DNA of 62,017 bases from Spirochaetota bacterium (GTDB taxonomy: Bacteria; Spirochaetota; Spirochaetia; Treponematales; Rectinemataceae): NCBI GenBank assembly GCA_037130415.1, contig JBAXTA010000001.1, positions 1-62,017 on the forward strand, given 5' to 3'. The notes under the pieces are model-generated. The model had not been told where the DNA came from. It searched no databases and worked only from the letters and a program-made list of their open reading frames with translations. Shown one piece after another: positions 1 to 8,726 of the stretch; within the stretch, counting starts at the first letter, position 1; each line of letters opens with the position of its first letter. The translations under genes were made by a program, and so were the position numbers.

Positions 1-2
1 TT

Positions 3-98
3 GGCGAGGCGGTCAAGATCCTCCTGGACATCGAGAAGGTCGTGCAGGACCAGGCAGTCAGGGAGTTGGCTCTGGACAGCGAGGCCGTCACGAAGTGA
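3..98 (+). CDS. 3' end of a CDS truncated by the window edge (product unknown)
   Basis: Frame is open from the window edge to TGA at 96-98 (GEAVKILLDIEKVVQDQAVRELALDSEAVTK*). It has the same strong G/C third-position bias as neighbouring genes. The stop overlaps the start region of the next gene. Confidence 0.4.
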   Translation, partial: GEAVKILLDIEKVVQDQAVRELALDSEAVTK

Positions 99-1795
99 GG
101 ATGGCTGTCGCCTTGGCAAGGGGTGACGGGACCGGCGCGGCACGTGCTTGCTGCCGGTTCGGCCTCATCGCGGTATCGATTCTTTTTCTTTCCGGAATCA
201 CCTTCAGTGCACATGCGGAGGCAGGGGCTGGAAGGGCAATCGGGCCGAGTGCCGCCCTTCCGCCTGAGGTCAAACCGACGACGGTCAGGACCATCATAGT
301 CGCGGACTATTACCCCTACACCTACATCGACAAGGACGGCAGGGCTTCCGGTTTCACCGTCGATCTCATGCAGGAAGTAGCCGAGGTAATGGGCCTGGGT
401 CTCGAGATCCGCGCCGATACCTGGGATGTAGCCTTGCAGGCACTCAAGGATGGCAGGATCGACTTCCTCCCAATGATGGCCTATTCGAAGGAGCGCGACC
501 TGGGGTTCGACTTTTCGCCGGCACATACGATCGCTTATGACGCCCTCTTTGCGCGGAAGGGCGAGGCAGCTCCCCGGACGCTCGAAGACCTCAGGGGAAA
601 ACGGGTGGTCGTCCTCCTGAATGACCTGGCGCATCAGTACCTGAAGGGCAGTGGCATGTTTGATCCTGCCTTTCTCCTACCCATGCCTACCATGCCCGAC
701 CTGCTTCGCGCCCTTGCTTCGGGAAAGGGCGACGTCGCGATCATGCCCAAGCTCGTCGGTCTGCTCCTGGCCCGCAATCTTGGCCTCACCAACATCGGGA
801 CTGCTCCCGCCATCGTCGATGCGTATACCCGCCCCTTCAGCTTCGCGGTGAAGGAAGGGAATGCGATCCTCCTCGATCGGCTCAGCCAGGGGCTTGCCAT
901 CCTGAAATCGACAGGTCGCTACAATGCCATCTATCGTAAGTGGTTTGGAATTATCGAGCCCGCCGGGCTATCGCCTGCGACCGTCTTCAAGTACATAGGG
1001 GGAGTGGTTGCGTTCTTTCTGGTCGCGGGTGCGATTCTCCTGCTTTGGACCTTTTCGCTCCGGCGGCAGGTGGCTGCGCGGACCGGAAAACTCGTCGAAG
1101 AGATCGGCATGCGGAAACGCATCGAAGAGGAACTGAACCGCAACGAGGAAAAGCTTCTTCTCAGTCTTTCGGAAAAGGAAGTCCTCCTCCGCGAGGTACA
1201 CCACAGGGTCAAGAACAATCTCTCGATCATCTCGAGCCTTCTCGACCTGCAGACCTCAGTGATCCAGACCCCCACGGAGGCCTTGCTGGCCTTCCAGTAC
1301 ACAAGGGACAGGATCATGGCGATGGCCCTGGTCCACGATGAATTGTACAAGACGAAGGACTATGCTCACGTCGATATGGGCGCCTATCTGGACAGGCTTG
1401 CAAAGCAGATTCTGGAAGCCTACGAAGCCAGTGACAGGATCAGCCTGACCACGCGGGCCGAGGACATCAAGCTCAGCGTAAGCGCCTCCATTCCACTCGG
1501 CCTGATTGTGAACGAAATCGTGACCAACTCGCTCAGGCACGCCTTCCCCGAAGACCGCTCGGGACAGATCGAAATTCTTCTCGGGCATTCGGAGGGCGGC
1601 TTCTACGAACTTGACGTCAGGGACGACGGCATTGGCTTGCCCAAGAGCCTCAAGGCTGAGGAAAGCCCTTCGCTGGGGCTGACGCTCGTGCGACTCCTGG
1701 TCGCACAGATCGATGGAAGCCTGGTCTTTGCCGAGGGCGGCGGAACTCGCTTCAGGATGAATTTCCCCAATCCGTATGAGAGGACAGCGTCATGA
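95..1795 (+). CDS. Sensor histidine kinase with periplasmic family-3 solute-binding domain (SBP_bac_3 - TM - HisKA_2 - HATPase_c)
   Basis: 566-aa ORF (GTG 95, or ATG 101). N-terminal hydrophobic anchor. Amino-acid-binding-protein-like region (IIVADYYPYTYIDKDG..GFTVDL..DFLPMMAYSKER). One TM segment (VVAFFLVAGAILLLW) and a coiled coil. H-box EVHHRVKNNLSII typical of HisKA_2/HWE-type kinases. ATPase boxes (IVTNSLRHAF, DDGIGLP, GLGLTLV). Confidence 0.85.
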   Translation: MRMAVALARGDGTGAARACCRFGLIAVSILFLSGITFSAHAEAGAGRAIGPSAALPPEVKPTTVRTIIVADYYPYTYIDKDGRASGFTVDLMQEVAEVMGLGLEIRADTWDVALQALKDGRIDFLPMMAYSKERDLGFDFSPAHTIAYDALFARKGEAAPRTLEDLRGKRVVVLLNDLAHQYLKGSGMFDPAFLLPMPTMPDLLRALASGKGDVAIMPKLVGLLLARNLGLTNIGTAPAIVDAYTRPFSFAVKEGNAILLDRLSQGLAILKSTGRYNAIYRKWFGIIEPAGLSPATVFKYIGGVVAFFLVAGAILLLWTFSLRRQVAARTGKLVEEIGMRKRIEEELNRNEEKLLLSLSEKEVLLREVHHRVKNNLSIISSLLDLQTSVIQTPTEALLAFQYTRDRIMAMALVHDELYKTKDYAHVDMGAYLDRLAKQILEAYEASDRISLTTRAEDIKLSVSASIPLGLIVNEIVTNSLRHAFPEDRSGQIEILLGHSEGGFYELDVRDDGIGLPKSLKAEESPSLGLTLVRLLVAQIDGSLVFAEGGGTRFRMNFPNPYERTAS

Positions 1796-1817
1796 CCTAG
1801 GCTGCTACGGGACCGAT

Positions 1818-2456
1818 TCAGTCCTCGGCCACCACGACAAGGCTTCCCATCAGCACGAAGCCTTCGATGATGACGTGGGGCTCTCCGTAGCGGACGTTCT
1901 GGTCTACACCCCGTTTGGCTGTTGCCTCGCCCATGAAAGGGGATGCATTGAGGCGGACTGGCAGGTTGCGCGGCACTATCACGCGTGTCTCACCCATGAG
2001 TACGAAGGTCTGGATACGGATGGGCCCCTGGGGTAGAGCCACGTTCCGCAAGTCGATCCTCGTAGTTCCCATGATTGTCAGCGAAACGGCGCTGTCGCCC
2101 TGGAGCCAGTTGCCCTGGAGCTGCCGCTCGCCCATCACGCAGAGTATATCCTGGTGGCTGCCCTGGCTGGTCCCGGAAACGGCGCCGCCGTCCGAGGCGG
2201 CAGGTGCTGTGCCAGGCCTGCCGTGTTCGGGTGAAGCCATCTTGGGGATCTCGAGCGGTAGGTCGGAGAGGAGGCCAATGAGCTCTTCCTGAGTCGGTGC
2301 TTTCTGGACGAGGGCGGCCCGACGCTCGTATTCCTCGACGGGAATCCGGTCTGAAACATAGGCCCTCGTAAGCGCTTCGAGGACGCGCTCCCGCGCATCA
2401 TCAAGCTTCTCACCACGATTGCCTGCTGGCATGTCGATCGCCATACTTGCCTCCAT
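1818..2456 (-). CDS. DUF1707 (SHOCT-like) plus LiaF-C-terminal-like domain protein
   Basis: The ORF track gives 1818..2528. I prefer ATG at 2456 (MEASMAIDMP...) because the longer form overlaps the upstream PAP2 gene. N-terminus RERVLEALTRAYVSDRIPVEEYERRAALV resembles DUF1707. The C-terminal beta-rich part (TRIDLRNV...IRIQTFVLMGETRVIVP...GFVLMGSLVV) resembles the LiaF/YvqF C-terminal domain. No TM segment seen. Confidence 0.6.
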   Translation of the reverse strand: MEASMAIDMPAGNRGEKLDDARERVLEALTRAYVSDRIPVEEYERRAALVQKAPTQEELIGLLSDLPLEIPKMASPEHGRPGTAPAASDGGAVSGTSQGSHQDILCVMGERQLQGNWLQGDSAVSLTIMGTTRIDLRNVALPQGPIRIQTFVLMGETRVIVPRNLPVRLNASPFMGEATAKRGVDQNVRYGEPHVIIEGFVLMGSLVVVAED

Positions 2457-2484
2457 TACCGCATGGGTTGTTTCGCATGACTTG

Positions 2485-3399
2485 CTATTCGGTCCGCTCC
2501 GGCTGGACCTTTCCCGCACCAGTGGCAAGGCCGAGTTTCAGGAAGATCCAGGGAGCGGCGAGCGAGACGCAGACACCTACGAGCGCGTAGCGGAAGAATC
2601 GCACGAGGTTGTAGATCGCATCGCCTTCAGGGGGAGCGATGTACCTGGGGCCGATGTAGGCGATGACCGTAAGCGCGAGCCCGAGGATCACCCTGCCCAG
2701 CCGCTGGCTGGTGGTCCCTCCGGATGAGAAGGGAGCTGCCTTGCCTGCCCAGACAAAGCCGAAGCCCGCACCGAGGAAGGCTGCCGCCAGGGATACGTCC
2801 TGGCTATACAGGACATTCATGCCGAACGCAATGATCGCCAGGAGGATGAGCCGCCAGCGGTCACCGAGCTTGCGCAGCGGGCCTTCCAGGCGTTCGCCCA
2901 CAAGGTGGTTGCCCAGGAGGAAGAGGAGGCCGAGGCCCCAGCCGAGGAAGACATCAGTGGGGAAATGCACGCCGAGATAGACGCGCGATACGCCTATCGC
3001 CAGGGGGAAGAGGATGGCGACCAGGGCCTTCCATGGTTTCGGGAAGAAATATGCCGCCATGCCGAAGAATACCACGGAACCCTGGGCATGACCCGAGGGG
3101 AGTCCATGGCTGCTTTCGATGGCCAGACCAAGGGCCTTGTCGAATTCGAAGGGGCGGGCTTGGCCGAAGAGGTCCTTCAGCCATGCGTTCACGAAGGCGG
3201 AGGCCAGGAAGACGAGGGCGATGCGCGCTCCCCTTTTCCTGTCGACCGCCCAGTAAATGATGGGAAGCATTATGAGATAAAAGGGCTCCGAACCCAGGAA
3301 GCTGATGCCATTCATGACTGCGGTCAAGACTGGACTGGCAAAGACCTGCGTGAACCTGACGACATCGAGACCCCAGGCGAGAATCGGGTCCATGGACAA
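2485..3399 (-). CDS. PAP2-family membrane phosphatase
   Basis: 304-aa polytopic membrane ORF with all three PAP2 motifs: KDLFGQARP (KX6RP), PSGH, and SRVYLGVHFPTDV (SRX5HX3D). Confidence 0.9.
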   Translation of the reverse strand: MSMDPILAWGLDVVRFTQVFASPVLTAVMNGISFLGSEPFYLIMLPIIYWAVDRKRGARIALVFLASAFVNAWLKDLFGQARPFEFDKALGLAIESSHGLPSGHAQGSVVFFGMAAYFFPKPWKALVAILFPLAIGVSRVYLGVHFPTDVFLGWGLGLLFLLGNHLVGERLEGPLRKLGDRWRLILLAIIAFGMNVLYSQDVSLAAAFLGAGFGFVWAGKAAPFSSGGTTSQRLGRVILGLALTVIAYIGPRYIAPPEGDAIYNLVRFFRYALVGVCVSLAAPWIFLKLGLATGAGKVQPERTE

Positions 3400-3671
3400 C
3401 CTCCCATCGGCATTTTGCCGCTGCCCGCACTGTAGCCATTCAGAAGGAAAGGCGCAAGGCGGAGCGCTCTGGCCGGAAAGGGAAAGTTGTGAATAAGCTG
3501 CATCGGACGCGATTTCCTCCCCTGGCAGCGATCCTGAATCAGGCCCGCCCCTGCCTTTCGATGCCGGGATGCGCTCACCAATCCTTCCTTATCTGAACCA
3601 ATTAGCTGCTTCTGGATGCCCAGGCGCCCGATCCTGCCAGACACTTGCCGCGAAGGATGCCTTCATGCCGA

Positions 3672-3700
3672 TTGACGTGCCTTCCGGAAAGGTAGTAAAA
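3672..3700 (+). promoter_or_regulatory. Possible promoter for tRNA-Leu
   Basis: TTGACG at 3672-3677, followed about 15-17 nt later by an A/T-rich TAGTAAAAA. This lies about 25 nt upstream of the tRNA 5' end. The -10 register is ambiguous. Confidence 0.3.
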
Positions 3701-3722
3701 AGATCGTGCATTTTCCACGCAA

Positions 3723-3805
3723 GCCGGCGTGGCGGAACGGCAGACGCGGTGGACTCAAAATCCACTGTCCTTACGGGCATGAGGGTTCAAGTCCCTCCGC
3801 CGGCA
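3723..3805 (+). tRNA. tRNA-Leu (anticodon CAA), type II with long variable arm, CCA not encoded
   Basis: Hand-folded cloverleaf. Acceptor GCCGGCG/CGCCGGC with discriminator A. D stem GCG/CGC. Anticodon stem GTGGA/TCCAC with loop CT-CAA-AA. 16-nt variable arm. T arm GAGGG-TTCAAGT-CCCTC. Confidence 0.9.
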
Positions 3806-3929
3806 CTTCACCTTCAATCTCGAACCGATCTCGGCGTCGCTCCCTTGCCTCCGTGCTCATGGGCAGGAAGCCCATTCCGCGCGGAGGCGGCGGTCGCTCC
3901 TTGATCTCGGTCCGATCTTGAAGGTGAAG
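3806..3929 (+). other. Nested inverted-repeat element immediately 3' of tRNA-Leu (possible structured RNA or processing/terminator element)
   Basis: Outer 12-bp arms cttcaccttcaa (3806-3817) and ttgaaggtgaag (3918-3929), extended by imperfect pairing. Middle stem gcctccg (3847-3853) with cggaggc (3882-3888). Inner stem atgggc (3859-3864) with gcccat (3870-3875). Confidence 0.45.
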
Positions 3930-4017
3930 CTTCCCACGAGGCAATCTCGAACCGAACTCCGCGACGCTGCGCGCGCGGAGAGGGGGCTGCGGCGCTGCGC
4001 GCGCAGAGGGTGAGGCG

Positions 4018-4836
4018 CTAGATGCAGTCGGTCAGGAAGCCTCCGTCGACGGGGATGGTTACGCCGGTGACAAAGGCGCTGGCGGTGTCGCTGGCGAGGA
4101 AGAGGGCGGCGCCGCGGAGTTCGGCTTTTTCGCCAAAGCGGCCGAAGGGGGTGCGGGAGATGATGCTCTTCCCGCGGGCGGTCAGGTCGCCTTTTTCGTC
4201 GAGGAGGAGGGAGCGGTTCTGAGCGCCGATGAAGAAGCCGGGGGCAATGCCGTTGACACGGATGCCGTGGGGGGCAAGTTCCTTCGCAAGGCCAGCAGTC
4301 AGGTTGAGGACGGCAGCCTTTGCGGCATCGTAGGCCCAGACGCCTGAAAGGGCGCGGTAACTTCCCATCGAGGGTATTGTAATTACCGTTCCCTTGATAC
4401 CATTCGCGATCCAGTAGCGCGCAAAGGCCCTGGTCGGGGTAATGAGGCCGCCCATCAGGTTCAGGGTCAGGATCTCCGCGAATAGCTTTTCGTCAAGATC
4501 GACGAAGGGTGCCTTGCCCCGGTTTCCTCCCACACCGTTGAGCAGGAGATCGGGTGATCCCATCAGCTCCCTGGTTTCAATGATCGCCTTTTCGCAGGCT
4601 TCAGCGTCGCCGGTATCGACCGTGAGGGCCGTCACCAGGCCGGCTCCTGGGCCGGCAGCCTCACGCACCCTGGATGCGGCCTCGCTCATCGGTGCGCTCG
4701 TTCCGCGGCCCCAGAGGCAGACATCGGCTCCGGCCATGGCGAAGGCCACTGCCAGGTCGCCAGGCAGCTGGCCGGCTCCTCCGGTCATGACGGCGCGCCT
4801 GCCTTTCAGGGAGAACATGGTGTCAAGATAGGACAT
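4018..4836 (-). CDS. SDR-family oxidoreductase, UxuB-like (putative fructuronate/mannonate oxidoreductase)
   Basis: The ORF track gives 4018..4851. I prefer ATG at 4836 because it is preceded by AAGGAG (reverse complement of 4841-4848). Glycine motif MTGGAGQL and catalytic YDAAK are present. It is the last gene of the uxaC/uxaE operon. Confidence 0.8.
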   Translation of the reverse strand: MSYLDTMFSLKGRRAVMTGGAGQLPGDLAVAFAMAGADVCLWGRGTSAPMSEAASRVREAAGPGAGLVTALTVDTGDAEACEKAIIETRELMGSPDLLLNGVGGNRGKAPFVDLDEKLFAEILTLNLMGGLITPTRAFARYWIANGIKGTVITIPSMGSYRALSGVWAYDAAKAAVLNLTAGLAKELAPHGIRVNGIAPGFFIGAQNRSLLLDEKGDLTARGKSIISRTPFGRFGEKAELRGAALFLASDTASAFVTGVTIPVDGGFLTDCI

Positions 4837-4847
4837 GGTTGGCTCCT

Positions 4848-6092
4848 TCATTCGACGAAGAGGGGTTTCAGGTGGCGCTCCCAGAGGTTCTCTGTCACGT
4901 TGCGCGACACCGATTCACGGTGCTTGTCGAGGGCATCGAGATATCGCTTGCCCATTTTCGCGGCGACCCGGAACCCGACATGTACCAATTGTCGCATATT
5001 GGGATTGAATCTCGGATCTGACTGGACATGGCGGAGGGCTGCCGCGACGGCCTGACCATCCCAGCACCCGACCTCCTCGGGGGAGGGCAGGCGGCTCCGG
5101 TCGATGTCGATGACCGAAGCGTAGGGTGCCATGACCACGTCGATGCTTTCGTAGGCTGCACGGTACACTTCCCTTGCCATGGACAAGCCGTCCCCGCCCG
5201 CCTCGGCCAGGCCGACGATCTCTTCGAGCCAGGTCGTTCCGGCGGTCTTGAGGTGGAGCCCAGCCCCCTCTTTTCTCACAATTGCTCCCATGCCGCGGTA
5301 GATGCTGAACTTGTCGCTGCCCGAGTGTATGGAAAGCTTCAGGCTCGCTGGCAGTCCAAGTTCCCTGGATGCCCACATCGCGACGCGGACGTCGGCCTCG
5401 AATTCCTTGAGGAAGGCGGGTACGTTCCCTACATAGTCCACACCCTTGTTGAAGCGTCCTGTAAATCGCGGCGCAAGGGTCTGCACCGGCACACCTTCGT
5501 CAGCGAGCGCGACAAGTATCACCGCAAGTTCCGCGGGGCTTTGAGGGATCGCGGTCTCATCCATCGACACTTCTGTGATGAAGTCATCGCTGCCACGGAG
5601 TTCACGGACACGACGGTAGGTCTTCGCGGCTTCGGCTACGGCGACGAGGTAGGTAGCCGCAGCCGCACGCATGGTGTCGCGGTCGAGGGGAGCAGGAAGC
5701 CTCCTGTCCGACGAGAGTTCCGCGTGCCTGGCAACAAAGGCCTCTACGGCCTTGTCCTCAGCCGGCTTGCCGATGAAGTCGGCGACGTCAAGGGTAAAGA
5801 AGTCGCAGTGGGGCGCGAAGGCATCGACGGTGGCAAGGCCGACATGGTCTGCATCGACGTGCCAGGGACCGGTCCATCCGGTCTCCGCGATGGCGCCTTT
5901 GGCGGCCGCGAGCTGGTCTGCCGGCACGCTGCCGATGAGGTCGTGCTCGCGCTTGCTCTTGTTCCAGACGATCGCGGCCTCTACGCCGGCAGCTTTTGCC
6001 TTGGCAAAGGCCGCGACCTGGGCACATCCCTGGTGGCCGAAGCGGTCGCCCGTTCCGACCGAAAACCTCTCAATTAAAAGCATGAGTTCCAT
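4848..6092 (-). CDS. uxaE: UxaE-like tagaturonate/fructuronate epimerase family protein (putative)
   Basis: 414-aa ORF. Motifs SVGTGDRFG and HVDADHV match my recollection of Thermotoga UxaE (SFGTGDRLG ... ADADHV). It sits between uxaC and the UxuB-like SDR. It lacks the N-terminal extension of the Thermotoga protein. Confidence 0.65.
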   Translation of the reverse strand: MELMLLIERFSVGTGDRFGHQGCAQVAAFAKAKAAGVEAAIVWNKSKREHDLIGSVPADQLAAAKGAIAETGWTGPWHVDADHVGLATVDAFAPHCDFFTLDVADFIGKPAEDKAVEAFVARHAELSSDRRLPAPLDRDTMRAAAATYLVAVAEAAKTYRRVRELRGSDDFITEVSMDETAIPQSPAELAVILVALADEGVPVQTLAPRFTGRFNKGVDYVGNVPAFLKEFEADVRVAMWASRELGLPASLKLSIHSGSDKFSIYRGMGAIVRKEGAGLHLKTAGTTWLEEIVGLAEAGGDGLSMAREVYRAAYESIDVVMAPYASVIDIDRSRLPSPEEVGCWDGQAVAAALRHVQSDPRFNPNMRQLVHVGFRVAAKMGKRYLDALDKHRESVSRNVTENLWERHLKPLFVE

Positions 6093-6113
6093 CCTTTCGA
6101 AGGGTCAGGGCTT

Positions 6114-7535
6114 TCAGTTGCCCACGCCCGGTATCGCAAAGTAGTCCCGGGCGTTGTTGTAGGAAATATCCTGTACCATCGCCCCGAGGGCCTCGTAGTC
6201 GGCTGGAGCCTCGCCTCGCTCTATCCAGCCACCCACGAGGCCACAGAGGATGCGCCGGAAATACTCGTGGCGGGGGAAGGACAGGAAGCTCCGCGAATCC
6301 GTAAGCATTCCTACGAATCGCGAGAGCAAGCCGATGTTGGCCAGGACCTTCATCTGTCGTTCCATTCCCTCGATATGGTCGCTGAACCACCAGGCTGATC
6401 CTAACTGCATCTTTCCGGGAAATGATCCATCCTGGAAGCATCCCATCGTGGAAGCGAGGGCTTCGTAGTCACCCGGATTGTTGGAGTACAGGATTGTCCT
6501 TGGAAGTTTGCCTTCGCTCTCGAGGCTGTCGAGGAGACAGGCGAGCGGCCGCGTCCTGGTGGGATCTCCCGAAGCGTCGAAGCCCGTGTCGGGTCCGGTT
6601 TTCGCGAGCATCCTTGAGTTGAGGCTGCGCTCGGCGCCGAGGTGGAGCTGCATGGCCCAGCCCCGCCTGGCGTCCATGCGACCCACTTCCTGGAGGAGGG
6701 CAGTCCTGAAGGCCTCGGCCTCCTGTGGACCGATACCCTTTCCCGAGCGGAGGGTTGCAAAACTCGCTTCGAGCGCCTGGGCGGTGGACGCGCGGAAGGG
6801 AGTAACGACGAAGGCGTGGTCCGAAGCGCGGCAACCGAGCTCGTGGAAGGCCGCGTGCCGGGCTTCGAGGGCGCCAACGAGGTCATTGTAACGAGCAATA
6901 TTCTTGCCGGATGAAGATCCGAGCCTGGTCATATAGCTGTTCCAGGCTGCCGGATCGTCTACGGCGAGGGCCTTGTCAGGACGGAAGGCCGGCACCATGA
7001 CAGGCTCACCAGGACAGCGTACTTTGGCGTAGGCCCGGTGGTGAGCCAGGTCGTCGGCGGGATCGTCGGTACTGCAAACACCTCGCACCTTCATGGTTGC
7101 GAGCAAATCCCTGGCGCCAAAGCCAGGCCCCCTAAGGGCAGCGTTACAGGCTTCCCAAATGGCGGGAGCCGTCTTTTCCGAGAGGAGAAGCTCCACTCCG
7201 AAATAGCGCCTGAGCTCGAGGTGGGTCCAGTGGTACAGCGGATTGCCGATCGCCTTCGGCACTGTCTGTGCCCAGGCAAGGAAGGTGGAATAATCGGCAG
7301 CGTGGCCGGTGATGTCCGCCTCGGGAATGCCATTTGCCCGCATGAGCCGCCATTTATAGTGATCGCCGCCCAGCCAGGCTTCGGCAATGGTGGCAAAGCG
7401 GCTGTTCCTTGCAATATCGGATGGCGGAAGGTGGCAGTGATAATCGAGTATGGGCATTCCCTCCGCGTACTGGTGGAAGAGGATTTTCGAGGGCTCGCCG
7501 GAAAGGAGGAAGTCTTCATCCATGAACTTCTTCAC
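6114..7535 (-). CDS. uxaC: Glucuronate (uronate) isomerase
   Basis: 473 aa. N-terminus KFMDEDFLLSGEPSKILFHQYAEGMPILDYHCHLPP is the classic UxaC signature. Length is typical. Confidence 0.92.
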   Translation of the reverse strand: MKKFMDEDFLLSGEPSKILFHQYAEGMPILDYHCHLPPSDIARNSRFATIAEAWLGGDHYKWRLMRANGIPEADITGHAADYSTFLAWAQTVPKAIGNPLYHWTHLELRRYFGVELLLSEKTAPAIWEACNAALRGPGFGARDLLATMKVRGVCSTDDPADDLAHHRAYAKVRCPGEPVMVPAFRPDKALAVDDPAAWNSYMTRLGSSSGKNIARYNDLVGALEARHAAFHELGCRASDHAFVVTPFRASTAQALEASFATLRSGKGIGPQEAEAFRTALLQEVGRMDARRGWAMQLHLGAERSLNSRMLAKTGPDTGFDASGDPTRTRPLACLLDSLESEGKLPRTILYSNNPGDYEALASTMGCFQDGSFPGKMQLGSAWWFSDHIEGMERQMKVLANIGLLSRFVGMLTDSRSFLSFPRHEYFRRILCGLVGGWIERGEAPADYEALGAMVQDISYNNARDYFAIPGVGN

Positions 7536-7544
7536 AAATAGCTC

Positions 7545-8726
7545 CTAATTAATACTATTCGCAAGATATGGGGATCCAGGGTCAATCCGCTCGAATTCAC
7601 ATAGCGCGACAAAAAGATGGTAGAGAAGGCGTGAAAGCGCGGGACCTCCGATGGCTTTGCCTTCGCGCCCGATGCGGTTGTGCCAGAGACCCTTTTCACC
7701 TTCGACCGCATAGGTTCCAAGACCCGCTGCGACGCGGGCTGCAGCTGCGCGGTCGGTGGGACCGAATTTCCATTCAAGGCGCGCGCAGTGCGCTTTAAGG
7801 AGTTCTGTTTGTGGCCAGAGAAGCCTGGAAGCAGTGATGATCCGCCCATCGGAACTGACTTCGTCAAATGCGAATCCGTCGGAGTCGATGCCCTTGTCAG
7901 CGGCAAATTCCCAGAGGGAATCGGCATCGCCGCGGGCCGCCCGATCGCCGCTGGCCAGCTCCCAGCGACGAAGGAGCCAGATCCATTCAAAGTGGTGTCC
8001 CGGTTCGCGGAGGGCTCCGTCGGGACCAGCGATTGGATCAAGGTTGGCATCGAAATACTCGGCGAGGCTACCTTGGGGGGTGGCAGTGAAGTGCTCCCGG
8101 AACAGTCCCACCATGGACGCAGCCCGCTCGAGCCAGGGGCCTGAGGGATCGAACGCATTCCAGGCCAGGAAGGCCTCGAGGAGATGCATGTGGGGATTCT
8201 GGCGACGTTTTGCCAGGGCCGCCATGGGAACAGACCCATCGTAATTACGCCATTCCGGATAACCTTCGATGCCGGCCTTGCCTGCGGCTGCGTCGAGTCC
8301 TGCCAGGGCTTCCAATGCGATTTCGCGCGAGTCCGGATCGCCTGAGGCGCGGAAGTTCCAGGCCATGGCCAGCAAACCGAAGGCTTGATCGTAGCTATCA
8401 ATATCGCAGTCTGTTGCAGTGCCCTCGCCATCCGAGGCCTTGCTCCAGCCACGGGCCTCGGCCTTCCAGAAGACACGTTGCAGGTTCAGGATGGCCTGGG
8501 AGCCGGCTTTGGCCGCGGCCCTGGCCTCAGCCGAGCCGGGGTAGCCGAGCGTCCCCGCGTGCGTGAAGACGTAGGCAAGCCGCGCCTGGCAGAGGCTCGT
8601 CCTCCTTCCAGGACTCGCATCCGTCCATCGGGGTCCGACTTCTTCCGCAAAGCCTTCCGGCCCCAGCGGCAGGCGCGCCGCCCAGATAGAGGCCAGGTCG
8701 AGCGCGCCGGGAAACATCGAGTTCAT
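7545..8726 (-). CDS. AGE-family (N-acylglucosamine 2-epimerase-like) sugar epimerase/isomerase
   Basis: 393 aa. Alpha/alpha-toroid-like repeats. Motif REPGHHFEWIWLL is characteristic of the AGE / mannose isomerase / YihS family. Its start overlaps the upstream permease stop by 4 nt. Confidence 0.8.
   Translation of the reverse strand: MNSMFPGALDLASIWAARLPLGPEGFAEEVGPRWTDASPGRRTSLCQARLAYVFTHAGTLGYPGSAEARAAAKAGSQAILNLQRVFWKAEARGWSKASDGEGTATDCDIDSYDQAFGLLAMAWNFRASGDPDSREIALEALAGLDAAAGKAGIEGYPEWRNYDGSVPMAALAKRRQNPHMHLLEAFLAWNAFDPSGPWLERAASMVGLFREHFTATPQGSLAEYFDANLDPIAGPDGALREPGHHFEWIWLLRRWELASGDRAARGDADSLWEFAADKGIDSDGFAFDEVSSDGRIITASRLLWPQTELLKAHCARLEWKFGPTDRAAAARVAAGLGTYAVEGEKGLWHNRIGREGKAIGGPALSRLLYHLFVALCEFERIDPGSPYLANSIN

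Noticed and set aside
3815-3968. Direct repeats flanking the region next to tRNA-Leu, considered as attL/attR of an integrated element or a mini-CRISPR
   Set aside because: There are only two imperfect copies about 127 nt apart, with no integrase, cas or cargo genes between or nearby. I kept this only as a possible structured-RNA observation.
5028-8476. ORFs 5028-6077 (+), 7038-7541 (+) and 7532-8476 (-)
   Set aside because: They overlap the UxaE-like, UxaC and AGE genes either antisense or out of frame. They have no motifs and implausible composition.
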